Shown in pieces: positions 57,201 to 61,757 of a stretch of DNA of 61,757 nucleotides (within the stretch, counting starts at the first letter, position 1; the number at the start of each line of letters is the position of its first letter). Both the position numbers and the translations under genes were made by a program. The notes beneath the pieces were generated by a model. The model did no database searches and had not been told where the DNA came from. It saw only the letters and a list, made by a program, of their open reading frames with translations. The DNA lies in IMG/VR virus record IMGVR_UViG_3300030098_005510, positions 1-61,757 of that record; one strand, written 5' to 3'. The DNA is from a virus (taxonomy: Duplodnaviria > Caudoviricetes).

Positions 57201-58453
57201 TAACGACTGGACAGTTCAATACAATTATAGGTAAAGGTGCGGATGTATCAGCTGCCAGTGGGGAAAATCAAATAGTGATAGGTAGGGCAGTAATAGGAAC
57301 AGGTAATAACGAAACTGTAATTGGTGGTTCATCTCAAACTAAAGTTACATTTGGTGGTGACACCGCAATAACTAGTTCAGCTGGTTCTAGCATGTCAAGT
57401 GGAACAATTATTGCAAACGATTTTCAAGTTAAAACTTCAATATCTGGTTTTGGTGATTCTGATACAAAAATTGAATTGGGTTCTGATACGATTGACTTTA
57501 CTGCCGGCAATGTAAAAATGTTGTCACTCAAAGAAGGTTCAAGTGATTCTGTTGTAATAAATGATGATTCTAATGATGTAAATTTTAGAGTAGAATCTGA
57601 CGGCGAAAGCTCAATGTTGAAAGTAGATGGGGGAACGAATAGAGTTGGTATAGCACAAGGAACACCAGAAGGACTTTTACATGTGGGATTTACAGGCGCT
57701 GCCTTTGGACCATCTACACCAACAGCAGCCTTATATGTTGAAACACCTGATTATGCCCAACCAGCATTGTATACCAAAACACCAACTTCTGATGCAGGTA
57801 CAACTAAAGTTGCAAATAAAATGGAATTTGGAGATACTGCTGTTAATAGTGGTTCAGTTATTTTGGATCTTGATTTTTCAGGTGATAGTTCCCTTAACTC
57901 AAATCATAATTTTATAAGATTTCAAAGTGGTGCTGGTATAGTTGGAAGTATAAATGATGATGTGGCTTATAGTACATTTACAGGCACTCACATTTCACAA
58001 AGACCAAGTGGTTCATCCTATGATGATTGGAGAACAGGTATGATAGTAAAGTCTACTGGTAATATTATTGCTACTGGTAGTTCAATATCACTTGCTTGGC
58101 CAGAAGTTGAATTAACAACAACACAAAAAGACAAAGCTGTGATGGGTGTATTTTCAATGACAACTCAAGATGACTTTGAGTATGCCCACTTAGATAGAAC
58201 ACTTCCAAGAATACATTACAATGCTCTCGGTGAAGGAATGATTAGAGTTACGGATACTGGTGGAAACATAGAGACTGGTGATTACATATGTTCATCTACT
58301 AGAATAGGACATGGTGAAAAACAAGATGACGATTTAATGCATAACTATACAGTAGCAAAAGCCACTCAACCTTACAATTTCACATCAGCCAGTAATGATG
58401 CTGATTTAGGATATAAATCAGTATTGATTGCTTGTACTTATCATTGTGGATAA
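51752..58453 (+). CDS. Giant tail fibre protein (2233 aa) with YadA-head-like beta-roll repeats and C-terminal chaperone-like domain
   Basis: GNVGIGT modules. About 14-aa N-x-A-x-G-x-x-A repeats at roughly 54650-57330. C-terminal FTGTH...GEG...GDYI...TVAKAT...CTYHCG. Confidence 0.82.
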   Translation: MGKIHIENGIISSSADYSLFHGTSKLAIIEPGAFRVQGDLIAENYIVSSSVTFMTTSFSDGSTRFGNSDADTHHFQGIISSSVGGSTNNNSVIRATGGGARLLLDSVHNETTTGVQFLEGAFGTEASINYNHATDTMEFKGSGTNTTLVSIDTSGDIELATNDAKIKADSTNTLNIQAHQLKILGSGGEERFQLQSEGNDNPGVFMIKQSEVQTTIQLNSAGDSFLNGGNVGIGTSNPAGNLEIVGGNGTVSGTPESDGNEFVIRNNDRAGMSILAGEGTGDTSNVVFGSTSDMNGASLNYEFNAKLFRMQSQHPSSELSLASANNVEAVRIDTSQRVGIGVSSPAQRLHVSQSSGTAALIDGDGNGNNPILHVRDRADTFVALFEGNRAGDTGAAVMIRHNPASPASSNRTRLNFQMPDNGGTATTYAQFASFIDSNTNTSEEGHLKINTMTGGSVTEHLHIGNNKISGSAASTGSFGSVHTGGQVGVQTTAPKKGLTVKATGNDDGIALLASNGQYVALIHQQDSDAGMLRLHDDSSTTKIAFNADNGGNSFFNNDNGKVGIGTDNPQKDLHIHQNNSNALHEALTIRTNSSGEGLALGVNADNSSYVVNSDSGNALHLGGSSSTINNTGHLTVDGGGNIGIGTGSPTQKLDIRGGNLIISASGGSGVIFKGTGDGSNKNALYFKNASNTEKFRIIHDPSANGTDDLQFKANANSVPVMTMLQNGNVGIGTSSPDSLLHLETGGKATLRMTNSTTSTTDETEIGTIEFEGKDSSTNRSGVMAKITSRYSDTGTAGGSTIDGGGNEGGNIGFFTSIATSVGGSQTLAEKMRIENNGNIGIGTGNTNPKTHLDIQSYQADGITIGADNDANRTRTNSTVKSGGITGVHYTNAEENIRIIGYDSTSDANKVYIGGANGDWNAATQIDFYTAANFNTVTGTLRFRLDSNSRISLSNNDSGGTGGSDSTSANTLLGFLAGDDLASGGVNNSFVGHAAGHKNTTGDSNSGFGRYAGFGNLTGDNNTFVGSQAGLSDNGSSHSNNTGVGFEALKVLTTGGSNTAVGVTAGDSITSANFNVAVGLDALGQTTTGGANVAVGYQAMEGDADGDGADNVAIGHKAMLANVSPSKNVAIGDSAMRAMNGTANGIAQCVAIGANAFFGDADNTTTNTDGTTAIGYNSLFSLTTGQQNTAIGSFNSDALTTGGFNTSVGRSTLGALTAGSHNVALGRATLTTAADDESDNIAIGNSALGAAKQDGTASSTNREVKQNIAIGTDALIGGTLTGARHLEGNVAIGYQALDATGANEQIGTVAIGTMALSTLTDGQFNVAIGYESQKFQSDGTGNTTLGYQSFRNADNGESFNVVIGHEAGEFQNHAASDGNVWIGGEACVGGTGNRDYSVAIGYRAWSNAGTQNNIGGSENIFIGAYSGNGTWATAASDQNTAVGYQTMAGNMNGAAYNSAFGFESLNDLTTGDYNTAIGYKSADALTTGTQNTALGSFSFSNSTEAARVVAIGYAASNASLLANGEGSVAIGYAALNNHQQNVNTAVGYQSGKNCSTGGNNTALGYNTLGGNNSAGITGTNNTTIGHQAGRDMEGAVEGNVLVGKNAGLNMTTAANNTLVGTNAGDALIDETHNVAVGTDALGGSSLVDQTVVIGSQAGMGAMEATADGTVIVGYGAGASVTSGEGNTLIGFGAGTDITTGGANTIIGYQALINAQTNVGNSTVIGYKAGQKLGDNGLSDHSEHNIIIGSGTMDGGHDTLANNTANLNIAIGNNALGGNTGTSTSLTAASNTVIGHDAMKVVSSGVDNVVVGKDAGDSITTGQFNTIIGKGADVSAASGENQIVIGRAVIGTGNNETVIGGSSQTKVTFGGDTAITSSAGSSMSSGTIIANDFQVKTSISGFGDSDTKIELGSDTIDFTAGNVKMLSLKEGSSDSVVINDDSNDVNFRVESDGESSMLKVDGGTNRVGIAQGTPEGLLHVGFTGAAFGPSTPTAALYVETPDYAQPALYTKTPTSDAGTTKVANKMEFGDTAVNSGSVILDLDFSGDSSLNSNHNFIRFQSGAGIVGSINDDVAYSTFTGTHISQRPSGSSYDDWRTGMIVKSTGNIIATGSSISLAWPEVELTTTQKDKAVMGVFSMTTQDDFEYAHLDRTLPRIHYNALGEGMIRVTDTGGNIETGDYICSSTRIGHGEKQDDDLMHNYTVAKATQPYNFTSASNDADLGYKSVLIACTYHCG

Positions 58454-58466
58454 CAAAATTTCTTTA

Positions 58467-58473
58467 TATTTAT
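58467..58473 (+). promoter_or_regulatory. Putative late promoter TATTTAT
   Basis: Intergenic, upstream of the AGGA RBS of the 58497 gene. Confidence 0.5.
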
Positions 58474-58496
58474 ATATGAATAATTAGGATAAGTTT

Positions 58497-58823
58497 ATGC
58501 CGATTACATGGGCTGAAGCGGATATATCACCGTCACAACTTTCAAAAAATAGTGAACTTGCTACATTTACTTGGTCTGAGTTTAGTACAGCATATGAAGC
58601 TTATCTAAAAAGAGGTAAATATAGAAGAAAAGACTACAACGAATTCTATAATCAAAACCTTGATAAGAAAAAGAAAATGGTAAGTCTTATTCTAAAGGTA
58701 AAGGGTGAGACGATAAAAGATGATGCTATTATACCAATGGATATGGACATTAGTTTAACAGACATTGATATGGTAATTAATGAAGTATTATTAAAACCAA
58801 AGGTGAAAATATATGTCGATTAA
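58497..58823 (+). CDS. Hypothetical protein
   Basis: 108 aa ORF with RBS, overlapping the next gene. Confidence 0.7.
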   Translation: MPITWAEADISPSQLSKNSELATFTWSEFSTAYEAYLKRGKYRRKDYNEFYNQNLDKKKKMVSLILKVKGETIKDDAIIPMDMDISLTDIDMVINEVLLKPKVKIYVD

Positions 58824-59331
58824 ATTATATACAGATAAGACAGAGTTGTTTGAATGTAATGTTGCTCTTGAAGGAGCTTCAATCAAAGAATCAAAACTAA
58901 GAGCTATTTTAAAATTTGACGATAAAAATTTAATGGTCGAGGGTGAAATCAAATCAAATGGAAAAGGACAAATATTATTACCTAAGTTAAAAAACATTTC
59001 TGAGGATGGAGAAGTCGGTAAAATGGAATTAGAAGTTATAGCCGAAGATGCTTATTTTCAACCATACGAGGAAACTTTTAAAGTCGTTACAAGTAAAAAG
59101 GCAACTGTTGAGGTTATGAGTAAAGAAGTTTCTAAACCAAAAATAGTAGTTGAAAAAATTACACCTGAAATGGAAATGACAAAAATGTTAAGAGAAAATG
59201 GGATTACCAAAAAGATGTTGGTAAAAAACAAGTCTCGTTTCACTCCTGTTCTACATAATTATTATAAGGAAGCAAATATAAAAGAAGGTTTTAATGTCTT
59301 TTTATCAAAGGTTTTAAAAAGGTTAGATTAA
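58813..59331 (+). CDS. Hypothetical protein (beta-rich N-terminal domain)
   Basis: 172 aa ORF in the fibre region. Confidence 0.75.
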   Translation: MSIKLYTDKTELFECNVALEGASIKESKLRAILKFDDKNLMVEGEIKSNGKGQILLPKLKNISEDGEVGKMELEVIAEDAYFQPYEETFKVVTSKKATVEVMSKEVSKPKIVVEKITPEMEMTKMLRENGITKKMLVKNKSRFTPVLHNYYKEANIKEGFNVFLSKVLKRLD

Positions 59332-59332
59332 A

Positions 59333-59689
59333 ATGGCCAACAGACCAGATCTTAATTTAACTGGCGATAGTATATCATCAACTTTTCAACATCTACTACA
59401 GGTTCGTGAAGATGATAAAACTCTTTACGATGCTACTGGTGACGCCCTAACTGATTTTAGAGTTACTGGTAGTTTTACATCAACAGAAACTATAACAACA
59501 AAAAATGTCAACTCCCAATTTTTGACTATTGAAAAAAATAGAACATTGACGGAAGATAAAACTTTTGATTCCACCGATAATGTCTCGTTAATGTTAGGTG
59601 ATAATTTAACTGTTGGGGATGGTGTAAGTTTAACAATAGAAAATGATGCACAATTTATAGTTGTGCCTTCATCATTTTTTATAAAATGA
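59333..59689 (+). CDS. Small tail-associated protein
   Basis: 118 aa. C-terminal LTVGDGVSLTIEN beta segment. Precedes a fibre gene. Confidence 0.65.
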   Translation: MANRPDLNLTGDSISSTFQHLLQVREDDKTLYDATGDALTDFRVTGSFTSTETITTKNVNSQFLTIEKNRTLTEDKTFDSTDNVSLMLGDNLTVGDGVSLTIENDAQFIVVPSSFFIK

Positions 59690-59702
59690 TAAGGAAGATT
59701 AA

Positions 59703-61757
59703 GTGTCACAATTAAATGTAAATACTATATCACCACAATCAGGCAGTTCAATAAGTCTTGACAGTTCAATAACTGTTTCGGGTAATATTACAGCAACAAG
59801 TCAAACAGGCTCTATAGGGAGAATAGAAGGTGACACTATAAACCTATCAGGTGATTTAACTGCAAAAAGATATATTGTATCATCCTCTGTAACAGAGTTA
59901 AGTGTAATTACTAATAGTGGTTCTACTGCTTTTGGAGACTCATTAGACGATACACATATTTACACAGGTAGTTTACAATTAACTGGTAGTATAACTGCTA
60001 CAAGTTTTAGTGGTGATGGAAGTGGATTATCAAATGTATTTGAGGGAACTGTACCAAGTGCTTCTATATCAACTAGACTTACAAATACAGAGGTCACTGC
60101 TAGTAGTTTCTTAGATGGAACTGCTACATTAATAAGTGGTTCAGTAACATCAACTGGTTCGTTTGGTATAGGGTATTTGAACCAAATAGGAATATTACAA
60201 ACAAATCCATCTACAATGGACTCAGCTGCTGATGATTTAGTTATTGGAAATGGGGATAGTGGAGTAGATAGAGGAATCACTATATTCACAAGTGCTGGTA
60301 ATAGTAAAGGCTCTATTCATTTTGGTGACGCTACAAGTGGTAGTGGTAGAAAACGAGGAAGAATAGTTTATGACCATGATGGTGATGCCTTAACATTTGC
60401 AGCTGCTAATACTGATGTATTGGAAGTGACTAATGGTGGATTAGAAGTATCAACAGGTAACATAAGTGGTTCAGTAACCTCAACTGGTTCGTTTGGAAAA
60501 CTATTAGGTGATGGTAGTAGTTTAACAGGTATAACCTCTTTTGCTGGTTCAGCTGGAACTGAAACATCTTTTAGTGGTTCAGCAGCTTCAACTGGTTCGT
60601 TTGGTAGTTTAAAATTGAATAATGAATTTGGTGATGTAAATATACGTTCCTCTGGTGGTTCAATGAATATAGTTATAGGTAGTAGTACAACTGGAGAAGC
60701 ATTAAATAGTGGTGCCGTTGACAATGTATTAATTGGACAAGGTATTTCAGCACCAGCAGGTGCTTCAAATAATACGTTCATAGGATCTGGAGCTGGTGCA
60801 GCTAACGCTGCTTCCAATAATAATGTTGCCATTGGATATAGTGCTATGGCAAGTGGAAATTCTAATGCAAGAACTGTTGCAATTGGTTTTCGAGCTTTAA
60901 ATGGTAATGGTAATTCCAATAACAATGTCGCTGTTGGTTCTCAGGCAGGAGAGGCTACTACTGATGGTGAAGAAAATGTCTTTATCGGACAAGATTCAGG
61001 CGATACTAATACCACAGGAGATAAGAATGTAACTTTAGGTAACGCAGCTGATGTAAGCACTGCCAATGCACAGAATCAAATTGCTATTGGACACAATGTA
61101 ACATCTACTGGTGATAATCAAACTGTAATTGGTAATTCAGATCAAACTCATGTTGTATTTGGTGGAGATGCCTTAATAAGTGGTTCAGCAACCTCAACTG
61201 GTTCGTTTGGAACAGTTATAGCTGATAGTAATAAAATTATCCAAAGTACAGATGCAAATACATTCATTCTATTAACTGGAGCCGGTTATCCAAACGATGA
61301 TTTTAAAGTCGTTTCAAGAAATAACACTCTACTGCATGTAAATAATAATACTGGCGGTGTGATGATGGGTGGGGGTGCCAACGCTACGGGTGATTCGGTA
61401 GCTATTGGATATACAGCAGCTGCTGGAACTAATGCAGTTGCTATAGGTAGAGGTATTAGTGCGGCTGCAAGTGAAATTAGAATAGGTGAAAGCGGTGCAA
61501 CTGATGCTTACTTAGGACAAGGTAATGCTAATTTACATATAAATGCTATTACTGCTAGTGGTGACATAAGTGGTTCAGCAACATCAACTGGTTCGTTTGG
61601 ACACATAATGAAAGGTGGAGTTAATTTTGATACAGCAGTTTCTTCATCGGCTGCGGCTGCTGGATTTGGTAGTGGTGGTGGAAGTGGTGGTGGTGGTGGT
61701 TCATCACCAAATGCCACAGATGGTTCACAATCTGTAATAAGTGGTTCATCAACCTCA
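59703..61757 (+). CDS. Third modular tail fibre protein, 3'-truncated (not in the ORF track)
   Basis: AAGGA RBS and GTG start, MSQLNVNTISPQSG... It carries the same GSTAFGDS-x-DDTH and SGS-x-x-STGSFG modules and is still in frame at the window end. Confidence 0.8.
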   Translation, partial: MSQLNVNTISPQSGSSISLDSSITVSGNITATSQTGSIGRIEGDTINLSGDLTAKRYIVSSSVTELSVITNSGSTAFGDSLDDTHIYTGSLQLTGSITATSFSGDGSGLSNVFEGTVPSASISTRLTNTEVTASSFLDGTATLISGSVTSTGSFGIGYLNQIGILQTNPSTMDSAADDLVIGNGDSGVDRGITIFTSAGNSKGSIHFGDATSGSGRKRGRIVYDHDGDALTFAAANTDVLEVTNGGLEVSTGNISGSVTSTGSFGKLLGDGSSLTGITSFAGSAGTETSFSGSAASTGSFGSLKLNNEFGDVNIRSSGGSMNIVIGSSTTGEALNSGAVDNVLIGQGISAPAGASNNTFIGSGAGAANAASNNNVAIGYSAMASGNSNARTVAIGFRALNGNGNSNNNVAVGSQAGEATTDGEENVFIGQDSGDTNTTGDKNVTLGNAADVSTANAQNQIAIGHNVTSTGDNQTVIGNSDQTHVVFGGDALISGSATSTGSFGTVIADSNKIIQSTDANTFILLTGAGYPNDDFKVVSRNNTLLHVNNNTGGVMMGGGANATGDSVAIGYTAAAGTNAVAIGRGISAAASEIRIGESGATDAYLGQGNANLHINAITASGDISGSATSTGSFGHIMKGGVNFDTAVSSSAAAAGFGSGGGSGGGGGSSPNATDGSQSVISGSSTS

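Larger units (their letters stand above)
42501..61757 (+). repeat. Dispersed 33-bp coding repeat AGTGGTTCATCAACCTCAACTGGTTCGTTTGGT (SGSSTSTGSFG)
   Basis: About 18 copies across three fibre genes. Copies at 42501, 46518 and 50835 are identical. Confidence 0.9.

Noticed and set aside
58476-58487. ATG AAT AAT TAG mini-ORF after the TATTTAT motif
   Set aside because: It has only three sense codons, and the downstream ATG 58497 has its own AGGA RBS.
40439-61717. Many 60-185 aa minus-strand ORFs inside the fibre genes
   Set aside because: They are antisense shadows of Gly/Ser/Thr-rich codons, lie entirely within long + strand CDSs, and have no recognisable motifs.
1-61757. Genome-wide stop-codon reassignment (UGA as Trp/Gly, or UAG as Gln)
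   Set aside because: ORFs of up to 3984 aa are intact in code 11. TGA and TAG end genes at tight overlaps (for example 1638, 33112, 34397, 29899). Only one in-frame TGA was found.
42501-61757. The 33-bp repeat as a CRISPR array
   Set aside because: Spacing is irregular (about 100 bp to several kb), copies are always in frame inside CDSs, the repeat is not palindromic, and no cas genes are present.
39798-61757. Diversity-generating retroelement or invertase shufflon acting on the fibres
   Set aside because: I saw no reverse transcriptase or recombinase, no template/variable pair with adenine-specific differences, and no inverted cassettes in the window.

Overview
This window is part of an AT-rich, large, T4-like (contractile-tail) bacteriophage genome, and almost all genes lie on the + strand. 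In order it holds: small early and accessory genes, including a lytic transglycosylase coupled to a Popeye/cNMP-binding membrane protein; a gp55-like late sigma factor; a baseplate and tail block (about 4.6-24.6 kb); a cell-envelope accessory block (24.6-30.8 kb); a cluster of probable internal head proteins sharing an N-terminal M-x-K-L-x-D-L-L-x-E signature (30.9-35 kb); a RuvC-like resolvase, a primase and a fused Mre11-Rad50 (gp47-gp46) gene; and giant modular tail-fibre genes running off the right end. I saw no tRNA, rRNA, CRISPR array or transposase. Four candidates for undescribed biology stand out. (1) A probable phage selenoprotein at 34077-34397, with an in-frame UGA followed at fdhF-like spacing by a GC-rich hairpin with a GGUC loop. 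(2) A four-pilin type IV pilin cassette behind a sigma54-type promoter and a TGT-N10-ACA enhancer, next to a membrane-anchored MshEN-like protein. (3) Two motifs conserved at the DNA level (GGCATCGGCAC and a 33-nt SGSSTSTGSFG-coding repeat) that punctuate the fibre modules, suggesting a module-shuffling system. (4) A putative capsid-targeting signal shared by candidate injected enzymes. All family assignments come from reading motifs by eye; no database searches were run.
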